Positions 1-9,533 of a stretch of 34,094 bases of DNA are shown here, in pieces (positions within the stretch are counted from its first letter, which is position 1; each line of letters begins with the position of its first letter). Origin of the DNA: an uncultured Candidatus Saccharibacteria bacterium (GTDB lineage Bacteria; Patescibacteriota; Minisyncoccia; Phycocordibacterales; PALSA-1337). A program made the position numbers and the translations under genes. Location of the stretch: positions 1 to 34,094 of the forward strand of contig CAYIFO010000003.1 of NCBI GenBank assembly GCA_964362725.1, read 5' to 3'. The notes beneath the pieces were generated by a model. The model was not told the origin of the DNA. It was given only the letters and a program-made list of their open reading frames with translations, and made no database searches.

Positions 1-71
1 TTCCTTGTCAAATCAGGCTTGTGGTATGAAAAGGAGTTGGGTGAAGGTCAGTAAGCAATATTCTCGAATTA

Positions 72-596
72 GTGACTGATGCGTGGAATTATTTTCCGCA
101 TGAGCGTCTAGGTGGGGTATCTCCGGTAGAGAAATCACTAGAATATGAAAATAAGCATCCGAAGAATAAAAAGAGTGAGAAAGGTAAAGATAGTATGCCT
201 CGCGTGCGTGTGGGTGATAGGGAGATGTCTTGGAATGAACATCAAGTGATGCTTGCGGAAATGGAAAAAGCTCAGCAATCGTTCAAAAAATGGATATCCG
301 GAGTTCTAAAAGATTACAAGTCGTTCTTGAAGCAGGATGAATCATCCACGAAGGAGGCTAAAAAACACTATTTTATTGCCGAAACTTTCTTTGACAGGGT
401 TCTTTGGCTTGGTTGGCTGAATTTTGGAAGCATCAGAAAAGAATTTATTACCGATGAATTTCCCAAGTGGTGGCAGACACATGTCATCGCTCCGGGAATC
501 AATGGTCCCAAAGAAATTAAGGACTCTGTTCATAAGCTAGCAGACTTCATTGGAAATAAATATTCATTAAAGGATTCTAACGGCTCAACACTATGA
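72..596 (+). CDS. hypothetical protein; its N-terminus resembles the tail of an rve/DDE integrase core
   Basis: 174-aa ORF with a GTG start that overlaps the TGA of an open frame running off the left edge (GTGACTGA, 72-79). 'WNYFPHERLGGVSPVE' resembles the 'YN..RPH..LG..TP.E' block that ends integrase/IS transposase catalytic domains. I recognise no motif in the remaining ~150 aa. Confidence 0.45.
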   Translation: MTDAWNYFPHERLGGVSPVEKSLEYENKHPKNKKSEKGKDSMPRVRVGDREMSWNEHQVMLAEMEKAQQSFKKWISGVLKDYKSFLKQDESSTKEAKKHYFIAETFFDRVLWLGWLNFGSIRKEFITDEFPKWWQTHVIAPGINGPKEIKDSVHKLADFIGNKYSLKDSNGSTL

Positions 597-620
597 GCCG
601 TTGATCAAATAATTACAAAC

Positions 621-1265
621 ATGAAGAAAACCATTTATTTAATACGCCACGGCGAGAGTGAGGGGAATATAAGCGAGACGGGCAATATGGATCATTCTCC
701 ATTGAGCGATAACGGCCGGAAGCAAGCGGAGTTTTTGACAAAGAGATGCGCCGGACTCTCCGTGAAGGCGGTTATAACTAGCCCACTCGAAAGATCAATG
801 GAGACCGGACAGATAATCGCCTCATCTCTAGGAATAACCACTGAATCGTCGGACTTGTTCGCCGAGCGTCGCAAGCCTTCTGCTGTTTTTGGTCAAGTTA
901 TAGAATCGCCGGATCAGCAAAAAATATGGCGGTCTGTATGGGACAACTTCCACATACCTGGTTTCAGACATTCCGACGAAGAGAATTTCGAGGATTTGAA
1001 AATAAGAGCGCAAAAAGCACTGAAATATCTAGCTTCAAGGCCGGAAGAAACGATATTGGCGGTGACGCATGGAATATTTCTGAAAGTCCTGGCCGCTCTC
1101 GTCGTTATTGGGCCTGAGTTGGACGGGCGCGAGTGTAGGCGATTTATGTCGGTCATGGAGATAGGAAATACCGGATTATCAGTTTTCAAATATGACAGCG
1201 AGGAACGATTCGGCCGTTTCTGGATACTCTCGACATGGAACGATCAGGCGCATTTGGGGGAGTAA
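621..1265 (+). CDS. histidine phosphatase family protein (phosphoglycerate mutase-like)
   Basis: 'IYLIRHGESEGN' is the RHG catalytic-His motif at the N-terminus, and 'LAVTHG' supplies the second His. The 214-aa length is typical of the family. Confidence 0.85.
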   Translation: MKKTIYLIRHGESEGNISETGNMDHSPLSDNGRKQAEFLTKRCAGLSVKAVITSPLERSMETGQIIASSLGITTESSDLFAERRKPSAVFGQVIESPDQQKIWRSVWDNFHIPGFRHSDEENFEDLKIRAQKALKYLASRPEETILAVTHGIFLKVLAALVVIGPELDGRECRRFMSVMEIGNTGLSVFKYDSEERFGRFWILSTWNDQAHLGE

Positions 1266-1277
1266 ACACAAGTTGAT

Positions 1278-2408
1278 CTATTCAGTGATAAATCTTTTTA
1301 TAAATGGATTGATTCCAGTAGCAATGTCATCAACAATCGTATTACATTCCCTCGCGATATTCATCATTGAATTCTGGTCAGAAGAATTTCGACTGATAAC
1401 GATGACTTGAGTATTAAGCTGAACGTTCTCAATTTCCGTTATGTCAATTATCGTTGTATTCATGCTTATGATACCGATAATTTTTGCAAATTTATTGCCG
1501 ATTTTTACAACACCCTTATTAGATAGTCGTCGATCTAATCCAGTATCATAACCAACGGGTATTGTTGCTATTCTTTTCGTTGTATCTGAAATGAATGTTC
1601 CGTTGTATCCAACCTTGGATCCCGGATCGATGTCTTTTATGCCTGAGATCACAGTTGATAATTCTAGGACTGGTTTCAAATTTACAAGTGAGTCAACTTT
1701 TCCGTTGCCACTGAAACCGTACAAACCCATTCCTGCACGAGTCACGTTCGCATCAATTTTTTCCGTGTACCCATGGCCGGCCGAATTGCTTATGTGAAAA
1801 TAAGACATCTTGGGAAAATTGGTCTTGAAAATTTTAACGACACTATTCCATGCCTCAATCTGGGTATGGGTATATGCCGAATCAGAATTATTTGCGTCAG
1901 AGAAGTGAGAATAGATTCCTTCGGGAATAAGTAATGTCTGCTGTTGTATGATTTGAATTGCTCCGGACACTTGCGATAAAAAAATTCCTTGACGATGCAT
2001 GCCTGTATCGATTTTTAGATGTATATTGGTTTTTTTATGCACTTTACTGCGCAGTTCCAGAAGCATTTCAATACTGGTTATTGCGAATGATATATTACTC
2101 AATTCTGAACAATTGATCGTCTCTGCTTGTATATATCCAATTATGAGAATCGGATTTGGTACCTCGTTTTTTCTAATAGCTGAGGCTTCATCATAAGAAT
2201 CGACGACAATAAAAGAAGTTTTTTCATCTTTTAGTATACTGATTACCTCAGTCAATCCGTGTCCATACGCATTACTTTTTAATACGGGAGCAATAGCCGG
2301 TGACAATTTCTGAAATTCTCGAAGATTATTTATGAATGCACTCCTGGACAGAGTGACAATGGTATAAGGATTTGGTTGCATTTGTGTTTTTGCTACTGAA
2401 TCTAACAT
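1278..2408 (-). CDS. alr: alanine racemase
   Basis: 376 aa. 'APVLKSNAYGHG' matches the PLP-lysine motif (V-x-K-A-N-A-Y-G-H-G) at the expected N-terminal position. Length and C-terminal beta-domain layout fit Alr. Confidence 0.9.
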   Translation of the reverse strand: MLDSVAKTQMQPNPYTIVTLSRSAFINNLREFQKLSPAIAPVLKSNAYGHGLTEVISILKDEKTSFIVVDSYDEASAIRKNEVPNPILIIGYIQAETINCSELSNISFAITSIEMLLELRSKVHKKTNIHLKIDTGMHRQGIFLSQVSGAIQIIQQQTLLIPEGIYSHFSDANNSDSAYTHTQIEAWNSVVKIFKTNFPKMSYFHISNSAGHGYTEKIDANVTRAGMGLYGFSGNGKVDSLVNLKPVLELSTVISGIKDIDPGSKVGYNGTFISDTTKRIATIPVGYDTGLDRRLSNKGVVKIGNKFAKIIGIISMNTTIIDITEIENVQLNTQVIVISRNSSDQNSMMNIARECNTIVDDIATGINPFIKRFITE

Positions 2409-2442
2409 TGAGATATTTTGATATTTATACTATTATACCTGT

Positions 2443-3897
2443 ATGTCAAGCGAATTAAAAATCAAGACGATAGACAAGGAGATCACAAGTCGAAAAGCAG
2501 ATTATTCCCAGTGGTATCTCGATATCATCTCGGCCGCCGATCTTGCTGAATATGGTCCTGTAAAGGGATGTATGGTCATCAAGCCGTATGGTTATGCGCT
2601 TTGGGAAAGGACGCAACAGATCCTTAACGAAAAATTCAAAGAGACTGGTGTGCAAAATGCGTATTTTCCACTTTTTATTCCAGAAAAATATCTTAATAAA
2701 GAAAAGGAACATATAGAAGGTTTTGCGCCAGAGGTTGCGGTTGTGACACACGCTGGAGGAAAGAAGCTCGATGAACCCTTGGTTGTTCGCCCGACTTCTG
2801 AGACGATAATGTATGAGAGTTTTTCACGTTGGATACACTCATATCGAGATCTGCCTTTACTGATTAATCAGTGGGCAAATGTAGTCAGGTGGGAAATGAG
2901 GCCCCGCCTCTTTTTGCGCACTGTAGAATTTCTATGGCAGGAAGGTCATACCGTTCACGAAACTGAACAAGAAGCTGATGATCGTGCTCGAATGATGTTA
3001 GCTATATATAAAGATTTTGCTGAAAATATAATGGCCATTCCTGTCATTACCGGTACCAAATCTGAATCTGAGAAATTTGCCGGTGCATTAAGAACATATT
3101 CTCTTGAAGCAATGATGCAAGACGGAAAAGCTCTGCAATTTGCGACTTCTCATAACCTGGGTCAGAATTTTGCGAAAGCGTTCGATGTGAAGTTTCTAGA
3201 TCGAAATAGTACTGAGCAGTACGGGTGGCAAACAAGTTGGGGGTTGAGTACGCGCACGATAGGAGGTCTTATCATGACACATAGTGACGATAAAGGACTC
3301 GTGCTTCCACCAAAGATTGCCTCGATTCAAGCGGTTATCACGACCATTATTCCTTCAGAAAATGATAAAGATGTGGTAAACAACAAAGCTAAAGAACTTA
3401 ACGATCTATTGAATGCCGGTGGAGTTAGATCCCATGTTGATGTAAGGGACATGCGACCAGGAAAGAAATATTATGAGTGGGAAAAGAAAGGTGTTCCGAT
3501 TCGGATTGAACTTGGACCGAAAGATATTGCCGATGAATCCGCCATGCTTGTTCGACGTGATACGGGAGAAAAGTCAAAGGCATCTCTTAAGTCATTAGTT
3601 GAGACTGTTACATCAATGTTAAATGAGATACAACAGAACTTATTTAATCGGGCGGTTGAGTATCGTAAAACGAAGACTAAAACTGTAGATACTTGGGACG
3701 AATTCGTAAAAGCAATTGAAGAAGGAAATTTTGTTCTTGCTCATTGGTCTGGTGAAAAAGAAGTTGAAGCTCAAATCAAAGACGAGACTGGCGCTACTAT
3801 CCGATGCCTCCCTTTTGATCAAAAAGACGAAGCTGGCATATGTATAAAGACCGGTAAGCCTTCCGCAAGGAGAGTTATATTTGCCAAGTCTTACTAA
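2443..3897 (+). CDS. proS: proline--tRNA ligase, archaeal/eukaryote-like type
   Basis: 484 aa. N-terminus 'YSQWYLDII..ADL..YGPVKGCMVIKPYGYALWE' and a class II core ('FLRTVEFLWQEGHT'). There is no large editing insertion, and a C-terminal extension ends in Tyr ('FAKSY'), as in archaeal-type ProRS. Confidence 0.95.
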   Translation: MSSELKIKTIDKEITSRKADYSQWYLDIISAADLAEYGPVKGCMVIKPYGYALWERTQQILNEKFKETGVQNAYFPLFIPEKYLNKEKEHIEGFAPEVAVVTHAGGKKLDEPLVVRPTSETIMYESFSRWIHSYRDLPLLINQWANVVRWEMRPRLFLRTVEFLWQEGHTVHETEQEADDRARMMLAIYKDFAENIMAIPVITGTKSESEKFAGALRTYSLEAMMQDGKALQFATSHNLGQNFAKAFDVKFLDRNSTEQYGWQTSWGLSTRTIGGLIMTHSDDKGLVLPPKIASIQAVITTIIPSENDKDVVNNKAKELNDLLNAGGVRSHVDVRDMRPGKKYYEWEKKGVPIRIELGPKDIADESAMLVRRDTGEKSKASLKSLVETVTSMLNEIQQNLFNRAVEYRKTKTKTVDTWDEFVKAIEEGNFVLAHWSGEKEVEAQIKDETGATIRCLPFDQKDEAGICIKTGKPSARRVIFAKSY

Positions 3898-3902
3898 AAT
3901 GT

Positions 3903-5069
3903 ATGTCTTTCAAGATTTCTATTCATGAGGATATATCCATAGCTGATCTGATTAAAATTCACAATGAAAAAGGCGTGGTATTGAAAACACCGCATATTGG
4001 TAATATCTATCCAAATAATCTCGCAATAGCTTCTCTGGGCATACCGATGCTCTTTTATGATCGTACTCTTGGTACGAAAGATAATAATTTTCATCCAGAC
4101 AGTCTAATCGTAGGCGGAAAAGCAGAAGAAATAGCGGATCCGAGTATATTGACTACGCATTCAAAAATCACACGACTTCCAAGTTCTATATCGCGAGAAA
4201 CACAGATCGGGACAAGTCTAGTGGATTTCCACATGTCAGCATTAAAGCGGGCGTTGCCAAAGTCATTATGTTTTACATATACGGAGTATATTCAAGAGAA
4301 TAAAAATCAAGTCCTTCAAATTTTAGAAAAAATTACTGAACTTCATCCAAATTTATGGAGTAGGATCGTTGATGAAGAAGGGAAAACTTCTAAGTCTCAA
4401 GTAAATAACTGGAATGATGTATTGAAGTTGGGTGTTTTTGGTCTGACAAATATGAAGAGTGGTTGGCTTATACCGAATCCGGTAAGCGTCCTTTTCCATG
4501 GAACAATTGATGCCGCAAAAGCTAAGGTTAAGGATGTTTATCTTTTGTCTGGTCCGGACATGTATAAATATATTGATGGTTATCAGACGGAACTCAATGA
4601 GACATATGATTATGTGAGAAAGACATCAGGTTTAAATCTTCCGGAAACGATTCATTGTCACATTATTCCAGTCATAAGTATGAGATTTATCATTGAGGAG
4701 AAATATAGGAATGCGTTAGATGAATTGGTTAGTGCATACTTAAAACATAATTCAGCCGATGAATCGATTAGAACCTTGATGAAAAATGAAATTAGGGATT
4801 TTGATGCTAAGCAATTAATTCATGAGAAACATTCAATAAAAGATGAGATTCACACTTGCATCAGAAATAAATTTGAAGCTTTTAAAACGACTATGTTTTA
4901 CGATATAGAAGAAGCTAATTGTTTTACTCAATATGATTTACTTATCAGCAGTGGTTTATATATTCACCCGTGGGCAATCAATAGTAAGCTAACTGATGTT
5001 TCCAGAGCATACGGTTTTTTAGCTGGTTGTTACTCATATGTTAGAGATAGGCTACAGGATGAGGCGTAA
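3903..5069 (+). CDS. hypothetical protein (orphan A of the proS-coupled operon)
   Basis: 388-aa uninterrupted ORF starting 5 nt after the proS stop and ending 1 nt before the next start. No family recognised. 'TPHIGNIY' near the N-terminus and 'NMKSG' about 150 aa later are only faintly HIGH/KMSKS-like. Confidence 0.6.
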   Translation: MSFKISIHEDISIADLIKIHNEKGVVLKTPHIGNIYPNNLAIASLGIPMLFYDRTLGTKDNNFHPDSLIVGGKAEEIADPSILTTHSKITRLPSSISRETQIGTSLVDFHMSALKRALPKSLCFTYTEYIQENKNQVLQILEKITELHPNLWSRIVDEEGKTSKSQVNNWNDVLKLGVFGLTNMKSGWLIPNPVSVLFHGTIDAAKAKVKDVYLLSGPDMYKYIDGYQTELNETYDYVRKTSGLNLPETIHCHIIPVISMRFIIEEKYRNALDELVSAYLKHNSADESIRTLMKNEIRDFDAKQLIHEKHSIKDEIHTCIRNKFEAFKTTMFYDIEEANCFTQYDLLISSGLYIHPWAINSKLTDVSRAYGFLAGCYSYVRDRLQDEA

Positions 5070-5834
5070 TTGAACAAAAATATGTCGATGGAATATGATC
5101 CAATTTTATATGATTCTGACCCGAGACCATTTCTCAAGGATGAGGTGGCATTTTATGTGAAACTTGTTGAAAGATTCAGACCAAAAACAATACTCGAACT
5201 TGGCGTAGGTACGGGCAGAATATTCTCCAAACTTCTTCCGTTGGTTAAATCCGGCGTTGGAATTGATATATCAGAGACTATGCTGGATAGGTGTCGAAAA
5301 GTGTGTGCTGAAAATCATAACTATAAATTATACAAGTTAAGTTTCGTGGATTTTGATTTGCAGACGACGTTCGATCTTATCTATTTACCCTTTAATACTT
5401 TTCAGCATTTACTTACTGAAGGAGACCAGATGGCGTGTCTGAAAAATATCAGAAATCACATGCATGGCAAAAGCCATTTTATTCTGGACTTAATGAATGG
5501 CGATAATCTTTCTTTTGATCTTGAACAATGGAAGCAAGATTATTCAACCATATTACCATCTGGAGATATTTTACAACGAGACCAAAAGACGGTTGGTGTT
5601 GATAAGGTAACCTCGATTGTTCAAAAAAAATTTAGGTACACAGAGACTGTTAAAGGCGCAATGGATAAGGTACAAGAATTTGACGCCTTAATGAAAATAA
5701 ACCCCAATAAAAAGATACATGAAATTTTAGAGAAATTAGGTTTTGAGATAGAAGGCATTTGGTCTGATTATTTATTTGGCCATGACACAGATACTAAAAA
5801 GATGATTTATTGCTTAAAAACTCATGAAATTTAA
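5070..5834 (+). CDS. class I SAM-dependent methyltransferase
   Basis: 'ILELGVGTGR' is the glycine-rich SAM-binding motif I, followed by 'GIDISETM' (acidic motif II) and 'LIYLPFNTFQH'. The start is uncertain: TTG 5070, ATG 5082 or ATG 5088. Confidence 0.8.
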   Translation: MNKNMSMEYDPILYDSDPRPFLKDEVAFYVKLVERFRPKTILELGVGTGRIFSKLLPLVKSGVGIDISETMLDRCRKVCAENHNYKLYKLSFVDFDLQTTFDLIYLPFNTFQHLLTEGDQMACLKNIRNHMHGKSHFILDLMNGDNLSFDLEQWKQDYSTILPSGDILQRDQKTVGVDKVTSIVQKKFRYTETVKGAMDKVQEFDALMKINPNKKIHEILEKLGFEIEGIWSDYLFGHDTDTKKMIYCLKTHEI

Positions 5835-7128
5835 ACCGGTACCGATCAAGCTTGGGAAAGGGCACACGGTTACCTCCTTGTACCACAGTCCTTTCGATTT
5901 CAACCTGCTATATTTAATTTGCCTTGCCAAGACGGGACTCAAGTTAAAGATAGTCATAGACGACATTGATAATATCGGTATTGATAAGAGTAATTCGGAT
6001 TTGACATATCACTATGGTGAGAGATTTTTTATGAGTAAGACTGAAAGAACAAATGTAAGGCCATTATCTTTCGTCATGCCCAAGCATCTATTGGCGAATC
6101 TGTCATACCCAGCCCTCAAAGAACTTGATTCAAAGGTCGGTATAGCTACGATAAAACAACACTTCAAATATGAGGATACTGTTGAACATTGGATTAAGGA
6201 TGTCACTAATAGTCTCGGATCTTTTTCTCTTGTTGGACCTAATAGAGCCTTCGCTTTCTCTGTAATTGATGATAGCTTTATTCAATCTCTTAGACAGGCG
6301 AAATGTAATATCATCTCGATGTTGAGAAGATTTCCGGAGCAAAGTGACAGCGCGATTGATTTTATTGAATGGCTTCTGAATGAAGAATTTATGCAAGTCG
6401 GCATCAAGATTTCAGATTATTATGTCTCACTGTTACAAAGAATAGTCAGTAAGTTTGAGTTAGATGATAATATCGTTATCCAAAGAATGTCTGATTTGGA
6501 TATTCAGGGTAAGACGAGACAGCTTTTGGATATTTTCAATAATGATGAATCACTACGCGAAACGTATAAGAATGCTCTTGCGTACGAAGGAAGAAAGAGT
6601 CAGGATGATTTTCCATTCTATGCGATATCAAAAGCGAGCGGTGAACGATTATTACCAGTAGACAATTACATAAGCAATCCGACAGATTATTTGCTAGCTC
6701 CAAAAGTCCTAATGCTTAATAATTTTGAAAATCTTGTTTTGCCATTTCATGCCATAGAAAGTAAGAATGTTTGGGCTAGAGAAATAATGTATCAAAATAA
6801 GATGGTAAACTGCAATCAGATCTTTTGTGATGAAAAGTGGGTAAACAAGCTATCTTCATTCGGATTCAATATTAGACTTGATGATGAAGAGCAAAGAATT
6901 TATGGTGTAAATAGTCTGAATACATCTTATTTCAACGAACTTCTTGAAAATGGACAGAATATGTATGAAGACGGCCAAAACATTGAAGAAAAGTATAAGG
7001 GATGGATGATTACTTCGACTTTCAAGGCAATGGATAGGATGAAATACCCATTGATATTTATGGCACTACTTCAGGAAAAGACTTTTTTGACTGATATTCC
7101 AGAGTTTTATAAATTAATACCATGTTAA
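5824..7128 (+). CDS. hypothetical protein (orphan C of the proS-coupled operon)
   Basis: 434-aa ORF. Its ATG overlaps the methyltransferase 3' end by 11 nt, and its stop overlaps the next start (ATGTTAA). No motif recognised. Confidence 0.6.
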   Translation: MKFKPVPIKLGKGHTVTSLYHSPFDFNLLYLICLAKTGLKLKIVIDDIDNIGIDKSNSDLTYHYGERFFMSKTERTNVRPLSFVMPKHLLANLSYPALKELDSKVGIATIKQHFKYEDTVEHWIKDVTNSLGSFSLVGPNRAFAFSVIDDSFIQSLRQAKCNIISMLRRFPEQSDSAIDFIEWLLNEEFMQVGIKISDYYVSLLQRIVSKFELDDNIVIQRMSDLDIQGKTRQLLDIFNNDESLRETYKNALAYEGRKSQDDFPFYAISKASGERLLPVDNYISNPTDYLLAPKVLMLNNFENLVLPFHAIESKNVWAREIMYQNKMVNCNQIFCDEKWVNKLSSFGFNIRLDDEEQRIYGVNSLNTSYFNELLENGQNMYEDGQNIEEKYKGWMITSTFKAMDRMKYPLIFMALLQEKTFLTDIPEFYKLIPC

Positions 7129-8423
7129 ATCTTCTTGAAAAAACTGCCACGGCTTTAATCAGGAAATTTAGTCCTATGGTTATATGTGTTACTGGAAGTG
7201 TAGGTAAGACATCGACTAAAGAAGCGATAGCTTGCACACTATCAACCTCATTTAGAATTAGGAAGACATCGCGTAATTATAATAATGATTTTGGCGTGCC
7301 AATATCTGTGATCGGCGGTTTTGAATCCGAGGAAGGCTTTTTGTCATTGTGCACCATACTTGCTTATGGCTTGTGGCAGTTATATTTTGGAGCAAGATTT
7401 CCTGAAATTTTGATAATAGAAGTCGGTGCAGGTAAAGTGGGAGAAATTGAAAGGATTGCAAAATGGCTTAAGCCGAACATAGTCTTGGTAACTAATCTTC
7501 CTCATATTCCATCCCATCTTGGGGTTTTTGGCTCAAAAGAGATGCTGATTAAAGAAAAGAAATTTCTCATCAGTGCTATGGATAAAGACGGTGTACTTAT
7601 AATCGATAAAGATGAAGCTAATATCGAGCACTTTTATGGGGATTTTCCAGGTAAAATAATCTTTTGCAATGGAGATAAGTTTATCAAAGATGGTAATTAT
7701 GAAATCACATATAGGCATAAGGATAATTTTACTTTACCGATCGGTTTCAATATCGAAGTTCGTTTAGATAATCCTAATAAGAGGAGTATTACGTTCGCAG
7801 GCTTTTTGGGTATTCAAAATATGAAGGCTATTGATATGGCTATTTTGGTGGCCAAACATCTGAATTGTACTGCCGATAAGATTCAATTAGGATTACAGAA
7901 GTATAGACCGCAAAGTGGCCGCCTTAGAATAATTCCTGAACAGAATACTAGTATAATCGTACTGGATGATACATTTAACGCATCACCATATGCAGTCGAA
8001 AATTCAGTCAATACTCTAATATCCCTGAAGAAATCTGATGATCAAAGACGGATTGCAGTCCTAGGAGATATGCTAAATTTAGGAAAAGAGACAGAAAACA
8101 TCCACAGAGAGACTGCTATTGAGGTAATCCCCAAAGTGGATATTCTTATAACTGTGGGAAATGTATCGAAAGTGTGGCAAGAATTTAATGCGGACATTCA
8201 CCATCTAAACAAACATTTTAAAAATTCTCTAAACGCGGCACACTATATTGAGAATATCCAAAAAGAAGGAGATTTGATTCTTTTTAAAGGTGGACACCTG
8301 ACTCGTCTGGAAAAGGCTGTAGCTTTTCTTACAAAATGTCCATCGGATTATCTTGTTCGTCAAGAAACATATTACAATACGCATGAGTTAGATCTGAATC
8401 CAATATCAGCCGACCATGAATAA
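7122..8423 (+). CDS. Mur ligase family protein, MurF-like but lacking the N-terminal UDP-binding domain
   Basis: P-loop 'VTGSVGKTSTKE' sits at residues ~23-34. 'NYNNDFGVPIS' (MurF N-x-NN-x-IGVP signature), 'DDTFNASP' (MurF DDTYNANP) and 'IAVLGDMLNLG' are also present. In canonical MurF the P-loop follows an N-terminal domain of roughly 80-100 aa, which is absent here. Confidence 0.8.
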   Translation: MLNLLEKTATALIRKFSPMVICVTGSVGKTSTKEAIACTLSTSFRIRKTSRNYNNDFGVPISVIGGFESEEGFLSLCTILAYGLWQLYFGARFPEILIIEVGAGKVGEIERIAKWLKPNIVLVTNLPHIPSHLGVFGSKEMLIKEKKFLISAMDKDGVLIIDKDEANIEHFYGDFPGKIIFCNGDKFIKDGNYEITYRHKDNFTLPIGFNIEVRLDNPNKRSITFAGFLGIQNMKAIDMAILVAKHLNCTADKIQLGLQKYRPQSGRLRIIPEQNTSIIVLDDTFNASPYAVENSVNTLISLKKSDDQRRIAVLGDMLNLGKETENIHRETAIEVIPKVDILITVGNVSKVWQEFNADIHHLNKHFKNSLNAAHYIENIQKEGDLILFKGGHLTRLEKAVAFLTKCPSDYLVRQETYYNTHELDLNPISADHE

Positions 8424-9399
8424 AAATAAGTCAAAAATTACTCCCATTTTACGACAATTGGCCGACCTGTATGGTCGTGAATTTTGTGTAATGGATCACG
8501 ATCTGGATGCCGGATACATCGTAGGTCTTGACGGGATTAGGCACTATTTTTCTTATGGCACTCTAGATTTGAACAATAATGCGGCTACTGAATTTTCGGG
8601 TAGCAAGATTCTGTCTTCAGAAATCGTTTCGACGGCAGGTATCAGAGTTCCGAAAGAGGAAACAGTTAGCAATTCAAATAATGTAAAAGATGGTATTCGC
8701 ATTGCCTTGAAGACTGTCGGGGTGCCGGCGATAATCAAGCCTGTACATGGTGCGCAAGGCAAGAATGTCTTTAGAATAGATTCGATCGATGAGTTAGATC
8801 TGATTTTAGGTGATAATGATTTTGATGCTGATGACGTGATCGTTCAGGAATATATTGATGCTCCAACTGAAATCAGAGTCGTATTACTAGATGGTGAGAT
8901 TATTCAAGCCTATAAGAGAGATTATTCACATATTATCGGCGACGGAGTGACTACGATAAAGGGACTGATTGAAAAAAGAAACAAATCCTTTCAGGATAGG
9001 AAGCGAAATACTTGTATTGATTTAATTGATAGCCAGTTAACGGTAATTCTTAAACGACATAAATATGATCTAGGTTTCGTATTACCTAAGGATGAACGGC
9101 TCAATATATCTTACGGGCGTAATCTATCGCGTGGTGGGGAATATGAATTTATTCCTAACCGGCTTAGTTCGACAGTCGAGAAAGTCTCAAAAAAGATTGC
9201 AAATGTTTCTGCACTACGTCTTGTTGGGATTGATCTGTTTATTTTAGGTGATGTCGAATCAATAGACCGTGAGGATCAGATTGTATTCATTGAGTATAAT
9301 GCGTCACCTGACATGGAAAACAATTTTTATTACGATACTGACTATAGTGAGCAATTACTTGCTATCTACGAGAAGATATTTACTAAATTAATAAACTAG
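8416..9399 (+). CDS. ATP-grasp ligase, RimK/cyanophycin synthetase/GshF-like
   Basis: 'AIIKPVHGAQGKNVFRI' (ATP-grasp K-P-x-x-G-x-x-G), 'VIVQEYID..TEIRVVLLDGEII' and 'YSHIIGDGVTTIKGLIEKRN'. The last resembles the 'AHV(V/I)GDG..TI.ELI...N' block of CphA/GshF-type ATP-grasp domains. It does not look like Ddl (no S-S-x-G motif). The ATG overlaps the upstream stop (ATGAATAA). Confidence 0.8.
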   Translation: MNKNKSKITPILRQLADLYGREFCVMDHDLDAGYIVGLDGIRHYFSYGTLDLNNNAATEFSGSKILSSEIVSTAGIRVPKEETVSNSNNVKDGIRIALKTVGVPAIIKPVHGAQGKNVFRIDSIDELDLILGDNDFDADDVIVQEYIDAPTEIRVVLLDGEIIQAYKRDYSHIIGDGVTTIKGLIEKRNKSFQDRKRNTCIDLIDSQLTVILKRHKYDLGFVLPKDERLNISYGRNLSRGGEYEFIPNRLSSTVEKVSKKIANVSALRLVGIDLFILGDVESIDREDQIVFIEYNASPDMENNFYYDTDYSEQLLAIYEKIFTKLIN

Positions 9400-9533
9400 C
9401 CAAAACGGCTTAAATCCGTTCGGATAACATCCCACACGGCCAGCAATTTCGTAGAAAACTCAAAATCGCCCGAAATAACGTCAATCGTTTTCATTTGCTG
9501 TCCTCTTTTCCTGTCTGGGTGTAAAATCAGTCC

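Noticed and set aside
9408-9418. GGCTTAAATCC shared just downstream of the stop codons at 9399 and 16028 (second copy near 16043)
   Set aside because: Matches of an 11-mer are expected many times by chance among all pairs of positions in a 34-kb window. The flanks do not align.
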